In this document: positions 51,089 through 63,666 of the stretch, in pieces | Layout of the letters: every line of letters begins with the position of its first letter | Numbering within the stretch: the stretch's first letter is position 1 | Source: Podarcis gaigeae | Taxonomy: Eukaryota | DNA: 64,000 nucleotides | Assembly (NCBI GenBank): GCA_964106915.2 | Contig: OZ066931.1 | Strand: one strand, 5' to 3' | Notes under the pieces: generated by a model | What the model was told of the DNA's origin: nothing | Seen by the model: the letters and a program-made list of their open reading frames with translations, nothing else | The model's database searches: none | Made by a program: the position numbers and the translations under genes

Positions 51089-51906
51089 CCAATAGACCCC
51101 ACCTGGAGTCCTGCGTCCAGTTCTGGCCACCACAATTTAAGCAGGATATTATCATGCTGGAATGTGTGCAGAGGAGGGCAACCAAGATGATGAAGGGCCT
51201 GGAAACCAAGCCTTATGAGAAACGGTTGAGGGAGTGGGTATGTTTAGCCTGGATAAGAGAAGACTGAGAGAAAAGAGGACAGCCATCTTCAAGGGCTGTC
51301 ACGTGGAGGATGGAGCAAGCTTGTTTTCTCCTGCTCCAGATGGTAAGACTGGAACCAATAGCTTCAAGTTACAAGAAAGGGAATTCTGACCAAATATCAG
51401 GAAGAACTTTCTGGCGGTAAGAGCTGTCCGACAGCGGAAGGTGGTGGCCTCTCCTTCATGGGAGGTTTTTAAGGACAGTTTGGATGGCCATCTGTCAGGG
51501 ATGCTTTAGCTGAGATTCCTGCATTACAGGGGGTTGGAATAGATGACCCAGAGAGCCTAGGGCTTGCCAATCAGAAGGTTGGCGGTTCTAATCCCCATGA
51601 CGGGGTGAGCTCCCGTTGCTCGGTCCCTGCTCCTGCCAACCTAGCAGTTCGAAAGCACGTCAAAGCACAAGTAGATAAATAGGTACCACTCCGGCGGGAA
51701 GGTAAACAGCATTTCTGTGAGCTGTTCTGGTTCGCCAGAAGCGGCTTAGTCATGCTGACCACATGACCTAGAAGCTGTACGCTGGCTCCCTCGGCCAATA
51801 AAGCGAGATGAGCGCCGCAACCCCAGAGTCGTTCGCGACTGGACCTAACAGTCAGGGGTACCTTTACCTTTAGGGTCCCTTCCAATTCTACAAATATATG
51901 ATTCTA
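51089..51906 (+). mobile_element. CR1 LINE 3' fragment interrupted by a Sauria SINE
   Basis: [44 protein letters not shown] (CR1 RT C-terminus); tail resumes after the SINE at 51872 (AGGGTCCCTTCCAATTCT). Confidence 0.92.
51549..51871 (+). mobile_element. Sauria SINE (5'-truncated, nested in CR1)
   Basis: Conserved core and (ACCTTT)n tail. Confidence 0.9.
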
Positions 51907-52862
51907 ACCATTCTATAATGTAACTGCACAGCAGAATCCATTCAGCTCCGCCACAAAATTGGCTACATATGATGTTGTTGGGCTCCTGGAGGCCAATTCA
52001 TATTTCTTCCCCTTACGTTGCGAATGCCGCAGAGCAAAATTCACACTATGCTTGCAAGCTTCTCAGCTTCTGAATTGAGCAGTGAACCTACTTTGCCCTT
52101 CTTGTGCTTCTAACGTCGTTTTAAGAACCTATCCAAATTTTGGCCTATGGGAAAAGCTTTCCCTAAGGCTTTTTAATATTTATAAAATGCTTTAGTTATT
52201 TAGAAAGCTTTTTAACAATAAAAGAAAAAGTACTGATGTTTTGCATTAATGCTTGGGCAAAACATCATCATCAAAATTATCATCAAAATTATATAAACAG
52301 GAATCAGCTGTAATATATAAACAAGAATCATATGAAAAATGATAGAGATGGTGATGTTTGGTTTTGTGCTCTTGCACACACACCTTACAAAATTCCATGA
52401 AAGTGTGCAACAGGGCACTATCCCAAACTGAATATTATAGAACGCTATCAAAAATTCCAGCCTGCTTTGTTTATTTATGACCGCTTTCCTTGTCAGATAT
52501 GAATTTGTTATTTAGGCCACAATTGTGATTACCCGTGTTTTCGCAAAGCCTCATTCCCTCTTCTAATCTTTTTTTTTATTTTCAATTGAGCATTGCAGGC
52601 TGTTTAACAACAAATAATATTTCCTCACCTTCAGCCCTCCTCTTTGTAACAGGTCTTCTTAGAATCCCATCCAATGGTTTAGTAAGGCCGAAGCCTACTC
52701 GAAGAGTCAACATCTCAGTGTAACATTGACAGTAAGTTGCCTACCGTACAAGCTAACACCTGGTTAGTTTTCCCTCCCTTCATTTTTTCCCCTCTCCCTT
52801 TGGGGTAGCTGTCAGAAAGTCCTTGCACAAAAGAAGGCATTAAAAAATAGCAGAAAACATAC

Positions 52863-52896
52863 CAGCTAGCAGAAGAAAGAGAATTTTCAGATCCAT
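52863..52896 (-). CDS. C19orf38: HIDE1 exon 1, signal peptide (MDLKILFLLLA)
   Basis: Kozak accATGg, G|gtatgt donor; phase 1 joins the Ig exon. Confidence 0.85.
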
Positions 52897-53474
52897 GGTT
52901 TTGTGGAGCATTTTGTATCTTTTGTAAACAGAGATGGAAAAAGCCAACTGTTCATTGCAAATTCCTTGCAAGATGTGAAAGAACAAAAAAAGAGAAGGCA
53001 ATTTGCTTAATGTGGAGTTTCGCCACCTAAGGAGGAAATTGCAATCTGTCCAAAGTTACAAGACCTTTCAACTTCCTGTTGCGAATATGACTTTATTGTT
53101 TCCCTCTCAAATCCATTGCCATAACAAATGCACAATCACTGGTTGCTTTGTAACTACTGTAAGAGCTTCCCTATTGTAAAGAGTGTCCTGTCTAGCCCTG
53201 CAGAACCCAGAGTGCTCCCCATGACAATGAAACAGGGTGCCATGGGCAGAGATCCAGCACTGTTTAGAATACGCAACTATACCTCCCACGTGGCATTAAT
53301 GACAGGATTTGTAAGCCAAAAGACAATGGGAAGGCTTTCCCTATTTGCCTCCCTTACAGCAGAGGAATATTTCAGGTCATTGGGAGAGTCAAAATGACTT
53401 CAGGATGGCTCTCCTGTACTATTTCAGACACATGGGTTATATATTTAGATATGTGTGCATTTATGAATATTTGT

Positions 53475-53805
53475 GTGGGTTAAACCACAGAGCCTAGGAC
53501 TTCCCGATCAGAAGGTTGGCGGTTTGAATCCCCGTGACAGGGTGAGCTGCTGTTGTTCAGTCCCAGCTCCTGCCAACCTAGCAGTTCAAAAGCACGCCAG
53601 TTCAAGTAGATAAATAGGTACCGCTCTGGGAGGAAGGTAAATGGCGTTTCCGTGCACTGCTCTGGTTTGGCAGAAGCGGCTTAGTCATGTGGCCACATGA
53701 CCCGGCAGCTGTACGCTGGCTCCCTTGGACAATAAAGCGAGATGAGCGCCACAACCCCAGAGTCATCCGCAACGGGACCTAACAGTCAGGGGTACCTTTA
53801 CCTTT
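53475..53805 (+). mobile_element. Sauria SINE
   Basis: Near-full-length body and (ACCTTT)n tail. Confidence 0.9.
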
Positions 53806-53865
53806 ATTCTGTATTGGAGACCTTTGAATTCTTCTAACACCTAGAACCAAGGAGATAAGTAACTA

Positions 53866-54310
53866 TCTGAAGGCAGCCCTGTATAGGGAAGTTGTTTTAA
53901 TGTTTTATTATGTCTTTATATATGTTGGAAGCCACTCATAGAATGGCTGGAGCAGGCCAGTCAGATGGTTGGGTTATAACAACAATGTATAGAGTAAGAG
54001 AACAAGGAGAACACACATTTAAAAAAGATTGGAAAATGTTTATTGAATATATGGGTGAAAATTGTGCACATTTAAAAACGCTGGCATCATTCAAGATAAA
54101 TTCAACAGTGTAGATAAGTTTTGATGGATGTAAGAATGGAATACTGAATGGTTTAGTTTATGTAAAATATGCAGGGATTTATGGTATGTAAATTGAACCA
54201 CGGAAAGAGAAGAAGGGAAGTCATTGATTTAAGGTTGTTTATATGAATATTCTAAAATGTAAAACAGAAAAAAATAAAAATTTAGCAAAGAAAGAAAGAG
54301 AAAGAAAGGA
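53866..54310 (+). mobile_element. Short L2 3' end followed by a probable L1/Tx1-type 3' end with A-rich tail
   Basis: TCTGAAGGCAGCCCTGT L2 motif; ...KKDWKMFIEYM remnant then an AT-rich UTR and A-rich tail. Confidence 0.5.
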
Positions 54311-54449
54311 AGAAAAGAACGCCCCTATTCAATGTTGGAGGATATGCCTGAGGACAAGACCCCTTGTCGGGTCTCTTGCGCCCATGGCCAGTCAGGGGAA
54401 CCAATTCTGCAATGGGCCAAGGACCCCGGAAATATTTTTGTAAGAGGAT

Positions 54450-55250
54450 GGGCTCCATGCAGCGGATAACACGAGCCACGCTGCCTCCTTTACGCGCGGC
54501 TTTCTGCCCGCCGAGTTTGTCCGATCAGCCGCTTCGGCTTGCCCTGAGAAAGACAAAGCGATGGACAAATCGAATAAGGAATAAGCAGAAGGGAGGGAGA
54601 AAGAAAAATGCGGCCCCGGGCCCCGTCGGAGCGCGAGGCTGCAGCTGCTCTGTGCGCGCCCTCCGGCGCCGGCGTCCCGCCCGAGCGCGGCCGCCTCTTC
54701 CTCTCCAAGGAGGCGGCCCGGCCCCGCTCTCCTTCCGGCGCCAGGAAGGACCCCGACGATGGCGGCGGCCGCGGCCCTTGCGCTCGGGCTGCCGCTGCTG
54801 CTCCTGGGGGCGCCCCGAGGGGTCCCCGGCCAGGCCCACCCGCCGCCGCCGCAGGACGCCGAGTTCACCTTCCTGCTGCCGGCCGGGCGCCGGGAGTGCT
54901 TCTACCAGGGCGCGCCGGGCAACGGCTCCATGGAGCTGGAGTACCAGGTGAGGCTGGGTAGGGGTCCACAATCCGGCCCCCAAAACCAGGCGCATGGGGA
55001 TTGGAGGGGGGCAACCGGCCCTCTTCTTCCTGCTCAGCCCCTGGTGCTGGTGGCAGAGGGGAGCGGGGGGGTAGACTGCCCCCGAAGGTGGAGTTCCCCC
55101 TTGGCTACCGCGACGGAGGCTGTGCGCGCACAGCGCTGCCCTTTGCTCCGCATCCAGGAGGACGTTAGTCGCGATCCGTATCACTTTCTTAGGAAACGCT
55201 GCTTTTGTATGCACTTCCCCTACACGCCCCCCCCCCCGCGCCACCACCAA
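54450..55250. promoter_or_regulatory. CpG island / TMED1 promoter and exon 1
   Basis: High GC and CpG density spanning the TMED1 ATG. Confidence 0.88.
54759..54947 (+). CDS. TMED1: TMED1 exon 1 (signal peptide and start of GOLD domain, [16 protein letters not shown])
   Basis: acgATGg start, CAG|gtgagg donor, 189 nt. Confidence 0.95.
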
Positions 55251-55974
55251 ACCAGCTTTGATCCGAACTGGGTGGGAATGAATGACCTGGCTGCGTTTTA
55301 AGCCAGCGGAACCATGGAGCCTTTAAGTATTGCGTTCTGTGTGGATTTATCAGCAGCCAGATGACTCGCATGTTTTTTCTTCTAGTAAAACAAAACCCTG
55401 TAACTTTTCGAGACAGTTTGAGCAGCCAATGTATCTGACAGATCCCTCTTAAAAGCCGTTTGCCATTGCCTTGCCAAGTTTTTATTGTTTCCTTAACTTA
55501 ACTTTTATTTAAGTTAAGTGATGAATTAATATGTTTAATTTCATAATGTGAAGATCTAAGGATGTTAATGTTTAAGTTAAATTTTATAATAACTGTGATT
55601 TGGAAAACCGTTAAAAGGACCTGCAATGAAATTCAACCAAGGGGAAGCGAGGAAATTACTTAACAATGTTAATAAGTGTAATTTTTAATAAGGCTATGAT
55701 TTATGTTTGTTTGTCTTATGTGTTTGTTGGTTTATAATGTTGTGAAAACTAATTAAAACAAATTCGGAGTTTTTATTGTTTCCTTCCTAGTTGCCCAGCA
55801 TAGTTACCCTCAGAACAGTCTTGCAAAGCGGGCTGGGTTTTTAAAAAGTTGCTCAGCTCCAGCAGGTTGCCTGATATTCAAATAAAGATTTGTAGCCATT
55901 TGCCACTTCTCATTGGTGGCTTTTCTGGGCATAGTGGCTCTTTCCATCATGCAACTCTTGCTGTTGCCATTTAG

Positions 55975-56072
55975 GTTATTGGTGGAGCAGGACTGGACGT
56001 TGACTTCTCCTTGGAAAGTCCTTCAGGCACATTGCTGGTTGATGAATACCGGAGATCGGATGGGGTTCACAC
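55975..56072 (+). CDS. TMED1: TMED1 exon 2 ([33 protein letters not shown])
   Basis: atttag acceptor, AC|gtgagt donor, 98 nt. Confidence 0.96.
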
Positions 56073-56484
56073 GTGAGTCATGCTGCTTTTATGCTTTGGA
56101 GTGAAGGATAATTAAGTGGCACTGAGTGGGGAGGGCCAGAGGGGCAGTGGCTCTGGGTGAATTTTTTTGGGGGTGCATTTTGCTCCTCGCCTCCCTGCCA
56201 GCCCTGTGCCACTGCTTGGCTCTGGTGGGCAGTGGGGGTCACTCCCACAGCATATGCGAGGGCTGGAAGTGGGCTCCATTCACCCTCCACGCCCCCCCCC
56301 AGGCGCGCATACCCGCTGGGATACTCATGAGAAAGCCATTGCTTGCCCATGGTCCAGGTGCTTTTACAAGTAGCAAAAATATGAAGAATTTGTGTATCTG
56401 ATTATGATTGTTTAATGCACTTTGGCTAGTCCAGCTTTGCAGGATATATCTGCCTTCATCACCCTCTTTGTTGGTTTCTTTCAG

Positions 56485-56668
56485 CATTGAGCCTACGGAG
56501 GGAGGAGATTACAAGCTGTGCTTCGACAACTCCTTCAGCACTATATCGGAGAAGTTGGTGTTCTTTGAACTGATCTTTGACAGCGCCCAGGAAGATGAGG
56601 ACTTGAACAATTGGGCAGAAGTGGCCGAACCAGAGGAGATGCTCGACATAAAGATAGAAGACATTAAG
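56485..56668 (+). CDS. TMED1: TMED1 exon 3 ([33 protein letters not shown]...IEDIK)
   Basis: tttcag acceptor, AAG|gtgggc donor, 184 nt. Confidence 0.96.
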
Positions 56669-58379
56669 GTGGGCAAAGAGGCTACAGGAGAAATGCCTAG
56701 TGCTGAGATGTGGTGGAGTTAGGCAGAATAACAGTGGCATTCGATGGGAAAGAGACCAGGATAGCTCCACTCTTCTGCAACTGTGCACAGAGTAACCTTG
56801 CCAGACAAAGCAGATGGGGTCAGCTGCTGCCTGGGCTTCCAGGTATTTAGCTGATGCAGGAGGAATGCTCCACAATGGGAGCCTAACAATTAGTTCCTTT
56901 CCTGGATCTTCACTCCCCTTTTCCAAATGCCCCATGCCTGATGGGGATGGGTGGGAAAGAGTACCTGCATTTCTGAAGCGCTGGCCAAAGCCCTGCAAAT
57001 CAACCCAAGTCCTATGTGTGGAATGGATCTTCCCATCATTACTGTCAGTACGTGGCTAGTGGCTTAATAAATTAGGATGTTCACATTTGTGGCTTTGCCC
57101 CTAAGAGACCTACCATTTAGGCTTTGCTGAAGAGGTGAACATGGTAATTGACACACTTGTGTGAATTAGTGTCTGTTTGTGTGTGTAACTTTGTATTAAT
57201 GTAGCATTTTTATATGTAACACTGTAGTTTCGCGATCGTTTTTTAAAAAAATACCTGTTGTGCCTTCAGTTTTTTGTACACCACATAGATACATTTTTGA
57301 TATATTAAGCAGTATAGAAATTAAATAATCCATCAACTACATAGGTACATAAATTTGAAATAGACTCATGAGTAATTTTGGGTTAATACTAGAGGTAGTT
57401 GTTAATCAAAGCCCTTCCACTGTGTTCCAGAAATTGTGTTCAGAAAGCAGCTCCCTGTTGTTTCAAGACCCATTTATTTTATTTTACAACATTACCTATA
57501 TGGCAGAAATCTTTTCAGCTCCCCAAACCAGAGGGTGACTTGGTTCAAGGAAGGCTCCTGATTAATATTAACAGTGCAAGTTGGTCAACTAGCCAATTTC
57601 AAGTCATAAGGTTACAAAGCTGACTTGTTTAACTGAGTAGTATTTGTTTTAAACCAGGAATCTTGGTTTTTGTTGTTTTTTAAAAAAGGTACATCTAACA
57701 AAATTCCTCCTCAGCTGCACATCAGGGGAAAATACTGTGTCCAACTCATGGTGCGCAGGGTGTGGTCCGAAGGCACATGATGTGCAATCACCCTGCTGAA
57801 GCTAAGCAGCTCTGGGTCTCATTGTTGGTAGTGGCAGTACTTGCCAGGCACTTTGGTACACGTGGACTTTGAGACCAGAAATGCAGACAGCAGGTGTCTT
57901 CTTGTTACCGCCTTTGTGGCTTAGTACTCTGGTTAAAGAAGAAAATGAAACTAGCTGTTACTCTTAATAGGTTTTGGCAATCATTGCAAACCTGCATTTT
58001 CACTGCTTTGAAACAGTGCAAAGGCAACAGAAGGAGTAATTTTTTAATCCAGCCAGGAAAGGTTTTTCAATATCTTAGAATTATTTGGGTCAGCGTAAAG
58101 GGAAGGTACAGATCTGTCAGGAATATCTCTGGGGTTGTGGTACATGAATGCACAGTGATTCTTCATGGCGTTTTAATGGATGTTGAAATACTTGTGCTTA
58201 AGTTCTGATGGTCACGACAAAAAATTTTTTGGTTAACAATAATAGACATGGTGCCTGATCATTTGTTAGGTGAAGAATCTGACTCCATGTGATTTGAATT
58301 TGGCTACAATGGTTTCCTTTGCCCCAAAACACATCTTTGCTCCAAACACATCTATTCTCCTTTGTTCTCACCATTGTAG

Positions 58380-58598
58380 GAATCTATTGAAACGATGAAG
58401 AGCCGCTTGGAGAGAAGCATTCAGATGCAGGCCCTGCTGCGAGCCTTTGAAGCTCGAGACCGCAATTTACAGGAAAGCAACCTGAGCCGAGTCAACTTCT
58501 GGTCAGCTGTCAATCTCTCTGTGCTCCTGGTGGTGTCATTTCTCCAGGTGTACATGTTGAAAAGCCTCTTTGAGGACAAGAGGAGAGTCTGGACGTAG
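58380..58598 (+). CDS. TMED1: TMED1 exon 4 (coiled coil, TM, tail FEDKRRVWT*)
   Basis: ttgtag acceptor, 219 nt to TAG; total CDS 690 nt (229 aa p24-gamma protein). Confidence 0.96.
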   Translation, partial: ESIETMKSRLERSIQMQALLRAFEARDRNLQESNLSRVNFWSAVNLSVLLVVSFLQVYMLKSLFEDKRRVWT

Positions 58599-60253
58599 CA
58601 GGAGGAGAAATGGCACCCCCTTTTTACCTATACGGGGCAGGTGTCCAGAAGAATGCCAACACCCATATTGCCAAAGCTCAGTACTGTCCCAAGTGTAGCT
58701 GCCATTTCTGTCATGAGTCTCTTTACAGAAGGGGTTAAAATATCACAGCCAAGGTAAGGGAGGGATTTGGGGTGGGGACTGAACACCCCCACACCTTGTG
58801 CGATGGTGGCAACCTGTCGAAATTGAGAGCAGGATGAGGGAGTGCAAGAATTGGAGTTGTTAGGCAGTACACAACAAGCAAAAACAGCTGTTCTTCATAC
58901 ATTTCAATAGCTCCTCTGTTTACAATGAAGGGCCGGTGCTTCTCAATGTACTACAGCTTGCAGCGGAGTTTGCCTCTTGGCCTTAAAACTTTGATATTCT
59001 GCATCAGACGTCATCAACATGTGCCTTAGCAAAAGTCGCTGGTCTGGCTGGAAGCAGCTACGCCCCGGCCACTTTTGCTGTTGAGAGGCTCCTAGCCTCT
59101 GCTTTTTCCATGAAATCTCCCTGCCCTAAGAAGCCCCCAATACTTAAGGGCATTAAGAAAACTCTCCTAGTGGAATTGGTAATCTTTACCACCCAGGCTT
59201 CTGGGTTTGATTTTCCTCAGGCATGACTACATGAGGAGTATAATCACTGCTAAAGACTCCCATGGTCAGCAATCTGCAAAGGGTGAAAAGGCCTGGTTTT
59301 GCACTCATTTGGTGCTAGTGTGTCCCCGATCTAGCATTCCGATTTTCAGCAGAAAGCAAGCAGAATGTGGCGAATTTTATTCCCTTGGGAGGAAATTATT
59401 GCCTTTCCAAGACTCTTCAAGTATCTTTAAATGTTAGGAACTGTGAGCAAGTAAACTCCTGATTATAGAAGGCTGACCTGCAGAGCACATGAGCTCTTGA
59501 ATACATCTGGTGGAATTCTTCTCTGTTTATCTTCTGCTCAGGACTTGAGCACCTTGGGAATTCCTTACTAGATTTAGGATATGAGAAATTTCACAAGTAT
59601 AACTTGGGCCTAAATTACAAAATGGTGGCAGATTAGTGTTGTGTTCCATGCTGTGATGAAGCACATTTGCATTTCAAGTGGGCACGGGTGGTGCATCTTC
59701 TCTTCTTCCCGCCACAGTTACACCAGCAGACTGCTCAGCTCTGATATCAGTAGTGAGACAGGCTGGGAGAGGGCTGTGCAGAACAAGTGGGCAAAGGAAG
59801 AATTTAGCACTGCCCTGGCAGTTTACTTTGTGCCCTCACTATAGACATTATTGAGGGACTTCTGAAATACACTCCTGGTACTTTCACTGGAGATTAAAGT
59901 TGAACATTCAAGAGTAATAGAAACCCCCAACCCCAAATAGCCTTTCAGATGGGCTGCTGCATTTCACTTCACATTCTTAGTACGTTAAAATTTCCTTGGA
60001 TGTGGCAGTGCATTAGCCCGAGCTAACTGTTCAACGCTATTCCACTGACTGCTCTTCAGGGCAGGATGCTGCCAGTTCCCATAGCTGCATCCCAGATCAG
60101 CTGGTTTCTGGCGGCAAGAAACAGCTGTGTGTGCGCTCACACTATAAAAAGACTTTGTTTGGGCTTCCTGATGTCAGAGAATGCCTGGCATAATGGGAGG
60201 CTGCTAGTGTTCACCCCTTTTCTAAGATTGTGTAGGCCATTGTCTTGTGGTTC

Positions 60254-60259
60254 AATAAA
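60254..60259 (+). terminator. Candidate TMED1 poly(A) signal AATAAA
   Basis: Canonical hexamer about 1.65 kb after the stop; ATTAAA also near 59893; unverified. Confidence 0.4.
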
Positions 60260-60393
60260 TGGTCTTTGAATTGGAGCTTGTCCTCTCCTGAATCTGTCAT
60301 TGGTCTTGGGTTACAAGAAGATTGGTAACATACTTTTCCTTTTGAGAGTGCTTCTTGTCTAGAGGTAGTAAGCACAGGAAGATGGGCCTGAAC

Positions 60394-60483
60394 CATAGCT
60401 GTCAACTTTTCTCTTTTCTTTCGAGGAATCCTATTCGGAATAAGGGAATTTCCCTTAAAAAAAGGGAAGCATTGAAAGCTGTG
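60394..60483. mobile_element. About 90-bp mini-MITE, second copy
   Basis: Same body as 45675-45768; 7/8 TSD (G/C)CCTGAAC. Confidence 0.78.
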
Positions 60484-61604
60484 CCCTGAACCCGTCCCAC
60501 TTTTCATTTCATTTAAACTGTGATGCCAAATCACTCAGCCCATTTTTATTCTCCTGCCCCAAGCATCTCCGATTCCAAAGCATTTTGATGTCTTGCAGCA
60601 CACCTACTGGTGGGAACGTCACTACAGGAGCGAATGTCTTATTTTTCTCTCATTCTTCAGGTTGCAATACAAAATCCATAGCATGAAATTTGAACCCTCA
60701 TGCCACTTAGATACAAAAACCTTCTCTGAGCAGCACCAGCAGGATTGTGAAAGGTGCTTAAAGAGAGCCCCTGTCTCCAACTCTTAATATATGCCACCAA
60801 TTATTGATGTAACCCGCAAAGAGGCATGAGCAAGGTCACAAGATGATCCCTGTAGCAAGAGAGTTGGGCTCAGATACTTCGCAAGTCAAAACAAGACAAG
60901 AAGAAGGTGGGACTGCTGGTCCCAGGCACCCCCCCTCCCAAAATGTCTTGATTTGGAGCTGAAGGACCAAGGAAAAATGTGGAGGCGTGGATGGAAAGTT
61001 GCAAGCAAGCACAATTTGACTTCAGGGTATACCTGTTATCAAGTCTCCACTTCTGGTATTTGAACTTTGTGGAGCATGAGCCAGTATATGAGAGCCTTAA
61101 CTCTCATCTTAAATCAGGTTTTTTAAAATCATCAAATTTACAATTAGCTGACTAAACTATTTTTATAACCAAAAAATTGAATTGTCTCTAAATGGACTTG
61201 TATAGTAATAGAATGCTGTGCTGTGATTTACAGCCAAATTAGCGATGCTAACAAGACAGATGCACACAAAACAATCCATAAAAAGTGTAAATAACTTTTT
61301 TAAGAGACAGAATTGAAAAACGCATTTGTTGTAAAACAAAAATATGCTACTTAAGAGCTTCTGGAAGTCTGAGACATGCTGCCTGCAACAGTGAAGGTTG
61401 AACATAACTTTGTAGCTAGCAGGTAGTTTTGAAATTCATTCTTGAGGTGGACTGATGGTTGTTCATCCTTCGTTATTCTGCTCTTCATTTTTGCGAGAGA
61501 TAACTCCAGAATTATAATAAAATGCAAGCTTTAAATTTTTTAAAGAAGTATAGTGGAAAATGTGAACATACTTGTAGTTATTCACCATTGCTATATAATG
61601 TAAT

Positions 61605-61862
61605 CCTGGACACTGAGATCCAGTGCCGAGGGCCTTCTGGCGGTTCCCTCCCTGCGAGAAGCGAAGTTACAGGGAACCAGGCAGAGGACCTTCTCAGTAG
61701 TGGCGCCCGCCCTGTGGAACACCCTCCCATCAGATTTCAAGGAAATAAACCACTATCTGACTTTTAGAAGACATCTGAAGGCAGCCCTGTTTTGGGAAGC
61801 TTTTAATATTGGATGAATCATTGTATTTTAATATTTTGCTGGAAGCTGCCCAGAGTGGCTGG

Positions 61863-61907
<45 letters not shown>

Positions 61908-61915
61908 TACTACTA
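61605..61915 (+). mobile_element. L2-clade LINE 3' fragment with (AAT)n tail
   Basis: Same sequence family as 12308-12700. Confidence 0.85.
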
Positions 61916-62722
61916 TATAATGAAAGTACTATGCATTTTGGTCAAATCTTATAGGTCATGCTAATTAGGTGCTTTATAAAGTATGGCGTATGTACCTTTC
62001 CTCAAGAAATGAAGTTGTCACAAGGCTGACAGCATGGATCTCCTTGCAAGTATTTCAGTATGAACGCATTCTTCATTGCTAGTCAACAAGATCTTCTAAC
62101 TGGTACACTGTTTGTATTGAGACGTCCCCAGGTAGGTGCAATTGCTGAGCATGTAACAGCCCTTCTGAGTGCTTGATCACCGCTGTCCACAAGGTACATT
62201 TTTCTATAGGGACTGGCCATGATGAAACTACTATAGCAGGCAGCAGCTGCAAAAAGATGTCCCAATGTGCCCTGCAAAGGCTGTCTGCAAAAGCTTGCTC
62301 ATTTGTATTTGGTTGTTCCATGATCACTTGTTTTAATTTGAGAGGGAGGAGAGCTATAGGGGTACCTGTCCTCTGGGTGAGGAGGCACTTAAAAACAACT
62401 GGGTTAATCCTTTTCTGCGAATGCTGTTCAATTGGTATGTGATCCCTCATGGTCTAGGACACCCTGTGTGACCAGTAATAGAACACATTGCCCCTACTGT
62501 AAACAGACTTCATTTACCCTTAGTGATACCAGCACACAGCCAAAACTGCCTGAGTATGAAGCACTGTGACGTTATCACATTGAGCATGATCACTTGAGAA
62601 AGGGGCAGGAAACAGCACCTATATGTAAGGAATCAGTGGCTGTAGGTAATCATAAACATATAAGATTAATATATTAGCCATAGCTAAATCTCCTTAAGCC
62701 TTATTAATTGGGGTTACCTTTA

Positions 62723-63666
62723 CAGTGGTGCCTCGCAAGACGAAATTAATTCGTTCCGCAAGTTTTTTCGTCTTGCGAAGCACGGTTTCCCATAGGAATG
62801 CATTAAAAATCAATGCGTTCCTATGGAAACCGCCTTCAGACCAGGTCCGGGACAGTCTGTCCCCCGACCTCCTCTGAAGGCTTGGGGGGGGGGACAAGGG
62901 CTTTTCTTCCCACCCCCAGCATTTTAAAAAACCCCGGGACATCCGCTGTCCCAGGGTTTTTTTAAATGCTGGCGAGCGGGGGGCGAAAGTCTTTGCTCCC
63001 CCCCACCTGCCTTCAAAAGCCGTCCGGGACAGCGGAGAAACACGCTGCGTTTCTCCGCTCTCCCGGGAAGGCAGGCAGGGGGGAGCAAAGACTTTTGGCC
63101 CCCGCCAGCCTTCAGAAGAGGTCCTGGACCTCTTCTGAAGGCGGGCGGGGGACGAAAGTCTTTGCTCCCCCCCGCCTGCCTTCAAAAGCCGTCCGGGACA
63201 GCGGAGAAACATGCTGCGTTTCTCCGCTCTCCCGGGAAGGCAGGCAGGGGGGAGCAAAGACTTTTGCCCCCCACCAGCCTTCAGAAGAGGTCCTGGACCT
63301 CTTCTGAAGGCCGGCGGGGGGGCAAAAGTCTTTGCTCCCCCCGCCTGCCTTCAAAAGCCGTCCGTGATAGCGGGAAGCGCTTCCCTGCTATCCCGGACTG
63401 CTTTTAAAATGCTGGTGGTGGGGAGCAAAGCCTTTCGGCCCCCGCCGGCCTTCCTGGACCTCTTCTGAAGGCCGGAGGGGGGGAAAGGCTTTGCTCCCCA
63501 CCGCCAGCATTTAAAAGAGGTCCCCGGAGATTTCCCTATGGGCTTTCTTCTTGCGAAGCAAGCCCATAGGGAAATTCGTCTTGCGAAGTGCCTCAAAAAA
63601 CGGAAAACCCTTTCGTCTTGCGGGTTTTTCGTCTTGCGAGGCCTTCGTCTTTGCGGGGCACCACTG
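62723..63666. mobile_element. Tigger-type MITE family B, long copy with internal fold-back repeat array
   Basis: TA TSD; TIRs CAGTGGTGCCTCGCAAGACGAA / TTGCGGGGCACCACTG; ends match 23293-23614 in the opposite orientation. Confidence 0.88.

Larger units (their letters stand above)
42726..52896 (-). other. C19orf38: C19orf38/HIDE1 gene span (8 coding exons, 735 nt, 244 aa type I membrane Ig protein)
   Basis: Exons of 34,324,54,93,25,44,38,123 nt join in frame: signal peptide, Ig domain, TM, and tail motifs DSCW, SFDNS and FCTFR resembling HIDE1; lies between TMED1 and CARM1 as in human. Confidence 0.9.

Noticed and set aside
54364-55301. Long overlapping ORFs (158-241 aa) around TMED1 exon 1
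   Set aside because: CpG-island artefacts; only 54759-54947 has splice and homology support
62079-62450. Terminal coding exon of DNM2
   Set aside because: No Pro/Arg-rich dynamin tail in the listed ORFs
62860-63530. CRISPR-like repeat-spacer array
   Set aside because: Vertebrate DNA; repeats alternate in orientation, the 'spacers' recur, there are no cas genes, and the array sits inside MITE TIRs
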